From positions 128,001 to 192,000 of the forward strand of contig CAYLJV010000001.1 in the NCBI GenBank assembly GCA_964384105.1: a stretch of 64,000 nt of DNA, read 5' to 3'. Of the stretch, positions 42,395-52,805 are shown in pieces. Both the position numbers and the translations under genes were made by a program. Origin of the DNA: Candidatus Hadarchaeota archaeon. GTDB lineage: Archaea > Hadarchaeota > Hadarchaeia > Hadarchaeales > JAGGTB01. Numbering within the stretch: position 1 is the stretch's first letter; the number at the start of each line of letters is the position of its first letter. The notes beneath the pieces were generated by a model. The model made no database searches. It saw nothing but the letters and a program-made list of their open reading frames with translations, and had not been told where the DNA came from.

Positions 42395-43129
42395 TCAGTA
42401 TGACTGATTTTTGTTTTTTTCCGTCTTTTTGTGCCACTCACTTGGTTTCTGACTTCTTATGGTTTCTGGAAAGTCTCTAGTGCTTAGTTTTTCTTCCTCT
42501 GCTTCTAAGGATGATGTACTTTTGGGGGGTTCATTATTCCTTTTCAGATATAAAGCAACTTTTCCGATGAAATCTTTATTGATTATTTTTGGGGGATTTT
42601 CGATATTCATTACTGCTTCTTCTATCTTTTCATGATCGGGTATCTCTACGAGGTAGTCTAAGGCTTCTTCATCAGGATGGATGTTTTTTACATGAAAAAG
42701 TCTTTTTATAGTTTTTCTTAAACCAAAGGGAGTTTCTATACTACCTTCCTCTGGATTAAACAATATAACGCTGAATGGTTGCTCTTTTATCAATTTTTCT
42801 TCTTCCATTAACGTTTTTCTGTTATCTTTATTGTCCTCAAAAACTATGTATGGATTAAGATTTTCCGATTCTAGGTCTCGTTCCTTTGAATAAAATTTGG
42901 TTTCTATTTTTATCTGCTTAACTGCGTCCTCTATCTTTTCACTATCTCTCCAAAAATCGAATATGGCAACGTTGGAAGGATTCTCAACTACTAGGTCTAT
43001 GAATCCTAGGACTCCGTGGTAATAATAGGGCGACCAAACTTCGTAATTACCTTCGAATTTGAGACACTCTACGAAAGCTTTGATCAAATTTTTGTTCTTT
43101 TTCCGAGATTTTCTTCTAAGTGCTTGCAT
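42395..43129 (-). CDS. Hypothetical protein, possibly degenerate PD-(D/E)XK fold
   Basis: GFIDLVV...AIFDFW...AVKQIK. Confidence 0.5.
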   Translation of the reverse strand: MQALRRKSRKKNKNLIKAFVECLKFEGNYEVWSPYYYHGVLGFIDLVVENPSNVAIFDFWRDSEKIEDAVKQIKIETKFYSKERDLESENLNPYIVFEDNKDNRKTLMEEEKLIKEQPFSVILFNPEEGSIETPFGLRKTIKRLFHVKNIHPDEEALDYLVEIPDHEKIEEAVMNIENPPKIINKDFIGKVALYLKRNNEPPKSTSSLEAEEEKLSTRDFPETIRSQKPSEWHKKTEKNKNQSY

Positions 43130-43203
43130 CTTTCTTCAATAATAAATGTCTCATTCAAGTCGTAAAAAACTCTACCCTTGGAGGGTTTCTGATTAATCCT
43201 TGC

Positions 43204-43935
43204 TCAAATCTTTTCACAAAAATTGGATTTTTCTTTTTGGAACAGAAAGTTACGTACTTGTCTTTTAATTTCGGAGAATCCTTTGTTTTTATACAGGAAT
43301 AGGTGTATATACATTCCGAAAATACCGACCGTAGCTACTATTGACAGCCACAAGTTTTGATAGAATATAGATAAGAGATGAGGCGAAATATAAGATTCAA
43401 TCGGTCCTGCAATAAATATAAGAAGAAATCCTATCGAAGCAAGTGTGAGATAATCCTTCCAGAATGTTTTTGTGATTATTTCTTTGGTTACTGCTCCTTT
43501 TAATATGTAGAGGGAAAGGGCGGCTAGCAGGAAGAAACCTATACTTTCAGGTATTCTGTGAGCAAAAGTTCCACCTAAGAATCCGAAAAGATAATCTATT
43601 CCCCCAAATTGGTATTGATATGCGGATGCCCACGAGGAATTATATTCACTTATGAAAAGGAAATTCACACCCATGATGGGGATTAGGTGGTACGCACCGA
43701 GCTTCAGGTTGTTGCCCCAATAATATAGAGTTCTATCAAATTCATCTTTTCTCATTGTAGTATCTACTCTGTTTTCGTACTCCTCTGTCTCTTCCATGTT
43801 TGCAAATTGTTCTTGATTGAAATTTGTCGAATAGTGGATTAGACCGGTGAAATATATCGCTAGAGAAATCAGAATAACGAGGCCGATTAACCAAGAATTT
43901 CTTTTGAAAGATTTGATTATTTCAGTAATTTTCAT
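43204..43935 (-). CDS. SpoIIM-like membrane protein
   Basis: NNLK, AHRIPE, AGPIESYISP. Confidence 0.7.
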   Translation of the reverse strand: MKITEIIKSFKRNSWLIGLVILISLAIYFTGLIHYSTNFNQEQFANMEETEEYENRVDTTMRKDEFDRTLYYWGNNLKLGAYHLIPIMGVNFLFISEYNSSWASAYQYQFGGIDYLFGFLGGTFAHRIPESIGFFLLAALSLYILKGAVTKEIITKTFWKDYLTLASIGFLLIFIAGPIESYISPHLLSIFYQNLWLSIVATVGIFGMYIHLFLYKNKGFSEIKRQVRNFLFQKEKSNFCEKI

Positions 43936-44010
43936 TCCTTTTCCAGGTTTTCTAATTTTATTTCATAGATTTTTGGATAGGCTTTTTGTTCATTTATAGG
44001 CAATATGATT

Positions 44011-44598
44011 TCAATATTTTGGAGATACGTGGTCACTATTATTTATATAAAACCTATGTTTTCCATCTAGGTCTTCTTTAACTCCTATTCTGTGGGAAGA
44101 ATTAATTTCGATTTGGCATTCCTTCCTCGGTTTTTTTATATATATTTTCTCAGAGCTAGTTAGATCGGTCCCATGAAGACTTTTGGTTATTTTTAGAGCT
44201 TGAGTTAGCTTCCCCGGTCCAGATGCCAATTCTTTAAGCTTGTCTCTGCCTCTACGTTTTTTCATAATTTCAATACCTTCGATCGGTTCTAAAGCTCTTA
44301 TTAATACGGCTCCAGGGGTTCCCTTCTTCTCTGTGGTGATATTGAGGAGCCAGTTTCCGTGTACCATATATATGAGAGCTAGCCCCGGTTTTTCCCACAT
44401 CAGCTCATTTATCTTGTTCTTTTTCTTTGTTGCTCTTGAAGCCGGATCCTCTGGCCCATAGTAAGCTTCTGTTTCGACTATCTTTCCGCTTATTATGGTC
44501 TTTTCTGATCTTGATACCAGAGATTTCCCCAATAAATCTCGAGCAACTTTTCCTGTATCTTGATTATAAAAGCCCTTGGATAGTCTCATATTAATCAT
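44011..44598 (-). CDS. DNA-3-methyladenine glycosylase (MPG family)
   Basis: VARDLLGK, IVETEAY, AVLIRALEP, GPGKL, RIG. Confidence 0.93.
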   Translation of the reverse strand: MINMRLSKGFYNQDTGKVARDLLGKSLVSRSEKTIISGKIVETEAYYGPEDPASRATKKKNKINELMWEKPGLALIYMVHGNWLLNITTEKKGTPGAVLIRALEPIEGIEIMKKRRGRDKLKELASGPGKLTQALKITKSLHGTDLTSSEKIYIKKPRKECQIEINSSHRIGVKEDLDGKHRFYINNSDHVSPKY

Positions 44599-44678
44599 AA
44601 GCCTCTGTGGGTGTGATTGATTAGAAATCTGGAAACAACGCTTAGTTGTTGGAAGTTTCTTGGAGTTTTCTAAATAAT

Positions 44679-45029
44679 CTATTCAGTTAAGTTTACAATA
44701 GCTTGGGCGATATCTCCATCTGTTTTCTCCAGAGCTTCTTTTGCTGTCTCTCTATCAACGTTTGTTTGTTCCATTACCATTTCGATATCTTCATCTGTTA
44801 TGTCCGTATCAGATTCAGTTTTCTGTTCTTCTGCTTCTCCTATAATCTGATATGTTTTCTGACCCTTCATTTCCGTGATTTGGACTTGTGGATTTGGAAT
44901 AACGAGCTTTTTATCTGATAGTTCTATGGTAACTCTCTGAACGTCTGTCATCTCTTCTGTTTTTACACCCATTTGCTTCATCAGTTTCTGGATTTTCTTT
45001 GGATCTAGTCCTCCTCTGCCAAACATCAA
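44679..45029 (-). CDS. nac: Nascent polypeptide-associated complex protein
   Basis: MKQMG, TYQIIG, UBA-like DIEMVMEQ...GDIAQAI. Confidence 0.93.
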   Translation of the reverse strand: MMFGRGGLDPKKIQKLMKQMGVKTEEMTDVQRVTIELSDKKLVIPNPQVQITEMKGQKTYQIIGEAEEQKTESDTDITDEDIEMVMEQTNVDRETAKEALEKTDGDIAQAIVNLTE

Positions 45030-45084
45030 AACACCTCTTTAGTTCACATTTTATTTGGAAAGCTGAAATGTGTTTCCATGAATT

Positions 45085-46515
45085 TTAACGTTCCGATTTT
45101 AATGCCCCCACTGATTCCCAGAATTTTCTTCCAATGGCTCTGTTTATAGCTCCTCTTAACGCTTTTTTGTTTTCTTTTGATTCTTCAAAAGCATCGAGAG
45201 GGATTTTTGCACCCCCCATTGTGGGGTGTCCTCCGGCAGACCCTAGATTGCCGTAGATTTCTTTCATCAGTTTTCCTATATGCATTCTCACGTCGGTGGT
45301 TCTTCCCGATATGTATACTGAGTCTCCTTCTATACCATAAACTAAGGTTGTTAGTGCACCTTCTCTTCTGAGTAAATAATCTGCTGCTTGGGCTATTGAG
45401 TCTCGATCCTTTACCTCTCCCACATTGGAAATAAGGTATCCTCCTTTTACCCTGCTACTCCTTATCGCTTTTCTAATAACTTCGAGGGTGTCAGCGGAGA
45501 GCGGGGGGGAACGGAATTTCCTTAGAAGCTCATTGCTGGTTTTGGGCAATAAAAATTCGAGAGTTGAAAAATCTAAGTGGGTCCCACCTCTAGTGAAATT
45601 CATAGTGTCAGTAAGTATGGCGAATACAAGTGCAGTCGCTAGTGTTTCGTCAATTTCTATTTCCCCATATCTCAGATAGTTGGCAAGTATCGTGGCAGTT
45701 GCTCCTACTTTTATAATATCCTTGTATTCGGCTTCTGCCCTTTCAGAAACTGCTGAGTGATGATCGATTATTATCGTTGGGGGAATTTCGTTTGGGAGAG
45801 AGCAATTTCCGTGGGTAGAAACATCCACCATTGCGTAAGCCGCATAATCGTCAAAATTTACCTTTTCGGCTTCTATCATCTGGGCATTTAGGGAATTGAC
45901 CAAAGATCTGTTCTGTTGGTGTCCTATTCTGCCTCCGTAAATCAAATCGGATTCGATTCCAAGAGAATTTGCATATGTTTTGAGTGCCAGGCCCGAAGCG
46001 ATGCTATCGGGGTCGGGATTATCCTGCAATATTATACCCAGTTTTCCTTCTAGATTCTTAAAGAGGTTTCTTAGTTGTTTCTCTTTTATCCTGATCCGAA
46101 ATTCCTGAAATTTATCGTATATGTATTCCGCAAAAAGCTCGGAAGTTACTATAACTTCGTCAGCTCCCAGTTCTTTTATTTCCGGGGCTATTATGGAATC
46201 GGCTCCTCGGGCCACAACTATTGGATCTATTTCTAGATCAAGTTTCAACTGATTAATAGCTCCTAGTGACTTCTCGACAGTTTCTAGGTCCGGAGATAGT
46301 ATTAGGATTACTTCTACTTCCTCTATTCCAGCTTCCTTCAAATCTTCTGAACTCGTAAAATCCCCTAGGTGAGCGTCAAAATCCGCTTCTTTTAGTTGGT
46401 TTACTTTACTTTCGTTTTTTTCTATTATTCTAACGTCTTCTTCCTTTTCTTTAAGCTTATTAGCTATTGCAAATCCTAAATCCCCACAGCCGAATAGCAA
46501 ATACATAGTTACCAA
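45085..46515 (-). CDS. TrkA-N + DHH/DHHA1 phosphoesterase
   Basis: GCGDLG; NPDPDS; IIDHH; AGGH. Confidence 0.88.
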   Translation of the reverse strand: MVTMYLLFGCGDLGFAIANKLKEKEEDVRIIEKNESKVNQLKEADFDAHLGDFTSSEDLKEAGIEEVEVILILSPDLETVEKSLGAINQLKLDLEIDPIVVARGADSIIAPEIKELGADEVIVTSELFAEYIYDKFQEFRIRIKEKQLRNLFKNLEGKLGIILQDNPDPDSIASGLALKTYANSLGIESDLIYGGRIGHQQNRSLVNSLNAQMIEAEKVNFDDYAAYAMVDVSTHGNCSLPNEIPPTIIIDHHSAVSERAEAEYKDIIKVGATATILANYLRYGEIEIDETLATALVFAILTDTMNFTRGGTHLDFSTLEFLLPKTSNELLRKFRSPPLSADTLEVIRKAIRSSRVKGGYLISNVGEVKDRDSIAQAADYLLRREGALTTLVYGIEGDSVYISGRTTDVRMHIGKLMKEIYGNLGSAGGHPTMGGAKIPLDAFEESKENKKALRGAINRAIGRKFWESVGALKSER

Positions 46516-46699
46516 CTTACATTACTTTCTTACTCTCATTGTTTCCTAAATATGATTCGGAAAAGCCAAGAATGGTACTGTTTTTTTGAGGTTATCCAAG
46601 GTCGTATTTAAATCCATTTGTTTTTTCTTCTAAATTATTAACAATATTTATATAGAAGATGTTACATTTATTCAGAATTGCTCAAGGAGGGGGGATAAA

Positions 46700-46951
46700 A
46701 TGGAATTTTGTTCTGAGTGTGGTACAATTATGATGCCTAAACACAAGGATAATTCTGTTTGGCTTGTTTGTTCGAATTGTGGTCATTCCCAGGAGCTGAA
46801 ACAGGAGAATGATTATAAAATTGGTAGCCAGAGCAAAAAGGAAAAGAAACCTGAGGTAGCGGTTATAGAAAAAGAAACTAGGAAAAGGTACAGAGAGCCT
46901 AATTATGACCTTGATCTCGATCCTTACGCAGAAATTTACGATGATTATTAG
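46700..46951 (+). CDS. TFS/RpoM-like protein with only the N-terminal Zn ribbon
   Basis: MEFCSECGTIMMP...LVCSNCG; acidic/aromatic tail instead of the C-terminal ribbon. Confidence 0.7.
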   Translation: MEFCSECGTIMMPKHKDNSVWLVCSNCGHSQELKQENDYKIGSQSKKEKKPEVAVIEKETRKRYREPNYDLDLDPYAEIYDDY

Positions 46952-47760
46952 GGTTCTACTGTAGCTCCCGATAGAGCGTCTTTGCAAGGACACTTTCTTT
47001 CTTCAGAAATTTCTGGAATAGAGCTGAATATCAAGTTTTGAACTTTCTTTATGTTTTTGTCCATTATCTCTGCTACTTCCTTATGTGTTAGCTTATCGGC
47101 TGAGATACCTGCCGCATAGTTAGTTACTACGGAGATTGTGGAGTAGCACATTTCTAGCTCCCTTGCAAGGACACTTTCGGGAACGTTTGTCATTCCCACA
47201 ACATCAGCTTCCATCTTTTTCAGCATCTTGATTTCTGCTGCAGTTTCGAATCTGGGACCCTCAGTACAGGCATAAGTGCCTTTTTCTTCTATTGGGATCC
47301 CCCTCTTCTTACCTATTTCTATTAGAATTTTCCTAAGTTCGGGACAATATGGGTTTGTCATATCTACATGTACGACTTTTTCCCCATTACCTTCGTAGAA
47401 CGTTTTTTCTCGGTTTTTGGTAAAGTCTAGAAATTGATCTAAAATTATTAACTTGCCCGGTTCAAATTCTTTTCTTAGAGATCCCACAGCGGTAGTAGCT
47501 AGTATTCGTTCTATTCCGAGTTCTTTAAGGCTCCAAAGATTCGCTCTGAAATTTATCTTATGGGGTGGGGTAGTGTGCCCTTCACCATGTCTAGGCAGAA
47601 ATGCTAGTTTCTTCCCTTCGAATTCTCCTACAACTATGCCAGGGGATGTTCCATAGGGTGTTTCTATTCTTTTTTTCTCTGTTTTTTTAATGGAATTAAG
47701 AGAATACAAGCCTGATCCACCGATTATGGCTATTTTTGGATTCAAAATTTCACTCTCCAA
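46948..47760 (-). CDS. mtnP: 5'-methylthioadenosine/purine nucleoside phosphorylase
   Basis: IIGGSG, PRHG, EGPRFET, VGMT, VTNYAAG. Confidence 0.92.
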   Translation of the reverse strand: MESEILNPKIAIIGGSGLYSLNSIKKTEKKRIETPYGTSPGIVVGEFEGKKLAFLPRHGEGHTTPPHKINFRANLWSLKELGIERILATTAVGSLRKEFEPGKLIILDQFLDFTKNREKTFYEGNGEKVVHVDMTNPYCPELRKILIEIGKKRGIPIEEKGTYACTEGPRFETAAEIKMLKKMEADVVGMTNVPESVLARELEMCYSTISVVTNYAAGISADKLTHKEVAEIMDKNIKKVQNLIFSSIPEISEERKCPCKDALSGATVEP

Positions 47761-48559
47761 ACCTTCGGTCTCTACCTTGATAGTTATAGATAGCTCTTAG
47801 GAAGTTAATCTTATCAAAATTAGGCCAATTTGCTTCACAAAAATACAATTCGCTATAGGCAGATTGCCATATTAAAAATCCACTAAGTCTTTCTTCTCCG
47901 CTGGTTCTTATTATTAGATCTGGGTCGGGTATATCGGCTGTATAGAGGTTTTCTTCTATTGTTTTTTCGTTAATGTCAGAAGGTTTGATTTTGCCTTTTT
48001 CGATTTTTTGACATATATTTCTTACAGCATCTACCAGTTCGGATCTTCCCCCATACCCTACGGCAATATTTAATGAAAAATTATCGTAGTTTTTAGTGGC
48101 TTCTTCGGCTTCTTCTATAGTGTCTCTTATGCATTTTGGTAAAGAGCTTAGGTCACCTATCGCTCTAACTTTGACTTTATTTCTGTGAATTCTATCGTCT
48201 TCAATGATTTCTTCAAATTTCTTTTTGAAAAGCTTCATTAGAGCTTTGATTTCCTCGGGAGGTCTTTTGTAGTTTTCATTGGACAGGGCGTAGACGGTCA
48301 TATGCTTTATCCCTAATTCTTGGGCCCAGTTTAAGACATCTTCAAGCTTTTTGGCTCCAAGTGCGTGACCCTTTTCTTTTGATAGACTTTTTTCTTCCGC
48401 AAATCTGCGGTTGCCGTCCAGGATTATCCCTATGTGCTGGGGTAAATGTTTTCTTTTTTTCACTCTGTTTAGAAGTCGGTTTTCGTAGTATTTTGATACG
48501 AGATTTCTAAGTTTTTTTATACCCGGTAGTTTTCCTATGGGGATTCCGTTCTGATTCAT
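47750..48559 (-). CDS. uppS: cis-prenyltransferase
   Basis: HIGIILDGNRR, YGGR, IRTSGEERLSGF. Confidence 0.95.
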   Translation of the reverse strand: MNQNGIPIGKLPGIKKLRNLVSKYYENRLLNRVKKRKHLPQHIGIILDGNRRFAEEKSLSKEKGHALGAKKLEDVLNWAQELGIKHMTVYALSNENYKRPPEEIKALMKLFKKKFEEIIEDDRIHRNKVKVRAIGDLSSLPKCIRDTIEEAEEATKNYDNFSLNIAVGYGGRSELVDAVRNICQKIEKGKIKPSDINEKTIEENLYTADIPDPDLIIRTSGEERLSGFLIWQSAYSELYFCEANWPNFDKINFLRAIYNYQGRDRRFGE

Positions 48560-48713
48560 TTTATTCTCAAAAGAACCTTTAATGGCCGCACTCTTATGAA
48601 GATTACTTGAGTTTTTTAGAATTAGTAAAATGTTTTATTATTCAGAAAATGTATTTTATTAATCAGAGGCTGTGACCGGGGACTGAAAATAAAAAAACAG
48701 GACCGGGTCTAAG

Positions 48714-51035
48714 TTGGTACATGTAAGCAAGTTGGAAATGAGGGGCTTCAAGTCCTTTGGTCATAAAAAGGAGTCTTTGCCTCTCTCTTCTGGGTTAACG
48801 GCAATAGTAGGGCCTAATGGCAATGGAAAAAGCAATGTAGTGGATGCGCTTTCCTTCGTTTTGGGACAAAGAAGTGCAAAGACTCTGAGAGCTTCAGAGT
48901 TTTCTGCTTTAATTTATCACGGAAGTGAAGGCGAAAACGGTAGAAGGCCCGCGTCATCGGCTAAGGTAAAATTGTATATTAATGACGATAATAATTCTCT
49001 TTCTATTGACACAGATGAAGTGACTATTTCTCGAAAAGTTGACCGAGATGGAAAAAGTACCTATCGGATAAATGGTAATCGCTCTACTCTTCAGGAAATT
49101 CTTGATCTCATTTCAGGCACTTTGATCGGCTCAGAGGGTTATAACTTTGTTATGCAGGGCGATGTTGGCAGATTTATAAAAATGAGCTCTGAAGAGAGGA
49201 GGAAAATCATTGATGACTTGGCAGGCGTAGCAGAATTTGAGGAAAAGAAATCAAAGGCTCTTAACGAGCTTGAAAAAGTACAGACTAATTTACAGAGTCA
49301 AGAGGGAAGGATCGAAGAATTGGAGAAGAATATGAAGAGGTTAGAAAAGGAAAGGAAGGAAGCTATTGAATATAAAGAGTTAAAGAAAGAGGTAAAAGTC
49401 AAAAAGGCTTCTCTTGCAAAATTCGATGTTTTATCTTGCAAGAAAGAACTGGAGAGTATTGAAAAGGATATCAAAAAAAGAAATAAAGAACTAAAAAAGT
49501 TAGAAGAAGAAAGAAATAACATTAAAGAACGTCAAAAGGAACTTAAGGAAGAAAGAAAGAACCTAGATTCCAGAATTCAGGAAAAAAGACAGTCAGAAGT
49601 ATTAAACCGAGTGGAAAGAATCAATTCCAGAATAGAGACTTTAAAAGAGAGTTTAAGGGCAAGTGAAGAAAACTATAATGCACTTTCTGAAGAAATAGAG
49701 AAAGCAAAGAAGAAAGCCAAAGAGCTTGGTGAAAAAGTCGAAGAGGAATCCCCGCTTTCAGAAATAGAGGAATTCACTACTGATTTCCAAAACTTACATG
49801 AGAAGTTTGTGAGTTTAATTGATTTTATCAAAAATTATGATAAAGACTCAAAAGAATTTGAAGAATCTCTTTCTGAATTGAAAGGAGTCTTGGAATCACT
49901 CGATGATGTAATATCAAACTTAGAAGGACGTTTTAGGAAGGCTTTGGAGTCCCGAGAGAAGTTCATAAAGCTTGCTGAAGAAACGGATGATATCGAAAAA
50001 GCGGGTTCGGAATTTGAAAGGATTAAATCTCGCTTAGCTTCTATTAAGGGGAGACGTGAAGATGCGGAAAAAAGAATCAAGAGCTTGAAAGAAAAAATAA
50101 AGGAAAATGAGAGTTTATTAGAGGAGACTGAGAACGAAGCTGAGAAAATCAAGAATAAAATAAGCGAATTCGAGGAAAAACTTAGTAAATTGGATAAAGA
50201 GGACGATAAGCTAGGTAATAAATTCGAATCATTAGAGGAAAAGATAAGGAAAATAGAGAATAAGAAAAGCGATTTAAGGACAGAGAAGGCTTCTACGGAA
50301 GCAAAGTTGACCCAAGCTGAAGAGAATCTCAAGGAGTATGGGATTGGTGAGGTTGATATTTCTGATAAATCTCGGAAAAAATTAGAAAAAGATGTTAGTA
50401 AGATTGAAAAAAAGGTTGAGAATCTTAAACCTATTAATGAGAGGGCTATAGAGGCTTATGGGGAGGTTGAAGAAAGATATCAATCTCAAATGGAATATTA
50501 CAGTAAATTGGAAAAGGAAAAGCAAAAATTGATTGATTTTATGAAGGAAATAGATGAGAAAAAAACAGGGGTGTTCATGGAGACTTTTGAAGAGGTTTCA
50601 AAGAATTTCAGTGATATATTCAGTGAACTTTCACCTGGTGGTGAGGGGAGGCTGGTACTAGAGAATTCTGAGAGGCCATTGGATGGGGGATTGGATATAG
50701 AAGTTAAACCCAAAGGTAAAAAATTGGGTAACGTAGCTTCACTTTCGGGAGGGGAAAAAGCATTGACTGGTCTGGCGTTTATATTTGCTATTCAGAGAAC
50801 CAAACCTTCGGCTTTGTATGTCTTTGACGAACTTGATGCTCATCTTGATCCCGAAAATCAGAGGGGCGTGGCTAAGATGATTAAAAAATTCTCCAGCGAG
50901 TCACAGATAATCGTAGTCACACTTAGAGATTCGATGATGTCCGTTGCTGACAAGCTTTTTGGTGTTAATATGGATGAGGATAATATCTCTCATATAGTAT
51001 CTGTTGACTTAGAAGAATATGAGGGTGAAAATTAA
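48714..51035 (+). CDS. smc: SMC ATPase, unusually short (773 aa), no recognisable hinge
   Basis: GFKSF, GPNGNGKSN, QG Q-loop, LSGGEK, FDELDAHLD; followed by scpA and scpB. Confidence 0.9.
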   Translation: MVHVSKLEMRGFKSFGHKKESLPLSSGLTAIVGPNGNGKSNVVDALSFVLGQRSAKTLRASEFSALIYHGSEGENGRRPASSAKVKLYINDDNNSLSIDTDEVTISRKVDRDGKSTYRINGNRSTLQEILDLISGTLIGSEGYNFVMQGDVGRFIKMSSEERRKIIDDLAGVAEFEEKKSKALNELEKVQTNLQSQEGRIEELEKNMKRLEKERKEAIEYKELKKEVKVKKASLAKFDVLSCKKELESIEKDIKKRNKELKKLEEERNNIKERQKELKEERKNLDSRIQEKRQSEVLNRVERINSRIETLKESLRASEENYNALSEEIEKAKKKAKELGEKVEEESPLSEIEEFTTDFQNLHEKFVSLIDFIKNYDKDSKEFEESLSELKGVLESLDDVISNLEGRFRKALESREKFIKLAEETDDIEKAGSEFERIKSRLASIKGRREDAEKRIKSLKEKIKENESLLEETENEAEKIKNKISEFEEKLSKLDKEDDKLGNKFESLEEKIRKIENKKSDLRTEKASTEAKLTQAEENLKEYGIGEVDISDKSRKKLEKDVSKIEKKVENLKPINERAIEAYGEVEERYQSQMEYYSKLEKEKQKLIDFMKEIDEKKTGVFMETFEEVSKNFSDIFSELSPGGEGRLVLENSERPLDGGLDIEVKPKGKKLGNVASLSGGEKALTGLAFIFAIQRTKPSALYVFDELDAHLDPENQRGVAKMIKKFSSESQIIVVTLRDSMMSVADKLFGVNMDEDNISHIVSVDLEEYEGEN

Positions 51036-51709
51036 TGCCAATAATATTTGATCAACCCTTTCAGATATTGTTGAATCTGGCTCGTGAGAAGAAGATAGAT
51101 CCATGGGATGTGGAGATAGACAAGTTAGCGGATTTATATGTGGAGAAAATTAGAGAGATGAAAAAATTAGATCTTAGAGTATCTGGTAGAGCTATTTTTT
51201 CGGCTTCGGTTCTTCTAAGAATGAAGGCTGATAGTTCGCCTGGCAATGGTCATTCTGAAGATGAAGATGAGATATTGGATGACCTCGACTTTGATATACC
51301 TGAGTTGGAACCGATTACTATAATAAACAGTAGTCATCAGAAGATAACTCTCTCGGACCTTGCTACTTCTCTTCAGGAAGTTATGGAAAAACCTTCCGAA
51401 AGTAAAAGTAAAAAGAGGAAGCGAACGACAGTGAAGAATATCATGAAGGAGCTGGACGAATATCAGATTCACATAGAGGATCATATAGAGGAGTTCCACG
51501 AAAAAGTTGCAATGCTGGCCTCAAACGGGGAAATGATAAACTTTACTCAATTATTACCCGAGAGAAATAAACTAGAGGTGGTCAGAAATCTACTACTTGC
51601 TCTATTTTTGAGCTCTCGTGGAAAGATATCTTTGCATCAGGAAGAGCACTTTGGGGATATTTATATCAGATTGGAAGAGCCACCGGAGGGGATGGAATAT
51701 GGGAATTAG
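51035..51709 (+). CDS. scpA: Kleisin ScpA
   Basis: IDPWDVEI, SGRA...A..LLRMKA, C-terminal LFL...I.L.QEE.FGDI. Confidence 0.92.
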   Translation: MPIIFDQPFQILLNLAREKKIDPWDVEIDKLADLYVEKIREMKKLDLRVSGRAIFSASVLLRMKADSSPGNGHSEDEDEILDDLDFDIPELEPITIINSSHQKITLSDLATSLQEVMEKPSESKSKKRKRTTVKNIMKELDEYQIHIEDHIEEFHEKVAMLASNGEMINFTQLLPERNKLEVVRNLLLALFLSSRGKISLHQEEHFGDIYIRLEEPPEGMEYGN

Positions 51710-52205
51710 TGATGATGTTTCTACGGTAGAAGCTGCTTTGTATGCTTCTGATAGGCCACTTTCATTGGATGAATTAAAGAAGACTGTTGGTACTTCCTCT
51801 GAGACCTATATTCGAAAATTGTTGGATAGATTGAGAGATAGATATGATCGAGATGGGTCACTCGAGCTTAAGGAGACTACAGAAGATATGTTTACGGTGC
51901 AACTTCGGGAAGAATTCATGCCTAAAGTAGAAGGTATAGTACCAAAAACCAAGCTCTCAAAAGGTGCTCTCAAGACACTTGCGGTAATAGCTTATAAGCA
52001 ACCTATTAAGCAGTCCGAACTGGCAGAGATAAGAGGAGGCCGTGTTTACAAATACGTAAGACGACTCCAGGAACTTGATTTTGTTGAGGCGAAGCCGCAC
52101 GGAAGAACAAAAGTTTTGAGAACATCTAAGAAATTTGCTGGTTACTTTGGCATGGAGGATCAGATGGATAAGATAAGGGAAAAACTTCAGCAGATGGTCA
52201 AATAG
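51699..52205 (+). CDS. scpB: ScpB
   Basis: VEAALYAS, LKTLAVIAYKQPI, IRG, T..F..YFG. Confidence 0.93.
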   Translation: MGISDDVSTVEAALYASDRPLSLDELKKTVGTSSETYIRKLLDRLRDRYDRDGSLELKETTEDMFTVQLREEFMPKVEGIVPKTKLSKGALKTLAVIAYKQPIKQSELAEIRGGRVYKYVRRLQELDFVEAKPHGRTKVLRTSKKFAGYFGMEDQMDKIREKLQQMVK

Positions 52206-52290
52206 GAGTTCTATTCGAGTACTTTCGAATAGTTTTTAGAAAGGGGAGATTTTTTAATCTTTAAGTTTAAAGTGGACAGGTGGTGTTGTA

Positions 52291-52758
52291 ATGGCTAAAT
52301 GGCAAGGAAGATCTAGAAAGAAGCCGAGTAGTGGAAGAATATGGCCCAGCCGTAAAAAGCGAAAGTATGAGTTAGGTCGTGAATCTGCGGATACTAAAAT
52401 CGGAGAGGAGAAGAAAGTCCAAGTCTCTGTTAGAGGCACAGGCCAGAAGACGAGATTACTTTCTGTTAATTCTGTTAACGTGACTGATCCAGAATCCGGA
52501 GAGAGCAAGAAGGCTAGTATTAACACGGTTTTAGAAAATCCTGCAGACCCTCATCTTGCTAGACGGAACATCATAACCAAAGGTGCGATAATAGAGACGG
52601 ATATAGGAAAAGCCAGAGTTACAAGTAGGCCAGGCCAGGAACAAACCCTTAACGCAGTTTTGATAGAAGGTTCTTTCAAGAAAGAGTCTCAGAAAAAAGA
52701 GACAAAAGGAAAGGAAGAGCCCGCCGAAAAAGATGAGTCAGAATCACCGAAAGAATGA
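52291..52758 (+). CDS. rps8e: 30S ribosomal protein S8e
   Basis: [31 protein letters not shown]. Confidence 0.96.
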   Translation: MAKWQGRSRKKPSSGRIWPSRKKRKYELGRESADTKIGEEKKVQVSVRGTGQKTRLLSVNSVNVTDPESGESKKASINTVLENPADPHLARRNIITKGAIIETDIGKARVTSRPGQEQTLNAVLIEGSFKKESQKKETKGKEEPAEKDESESPKE

Positions 52759-52805
52759 GGCACTGAGCCGAAGCATATTTTCTCTCAATTCTCTAAAAAG
52801 TAGAA

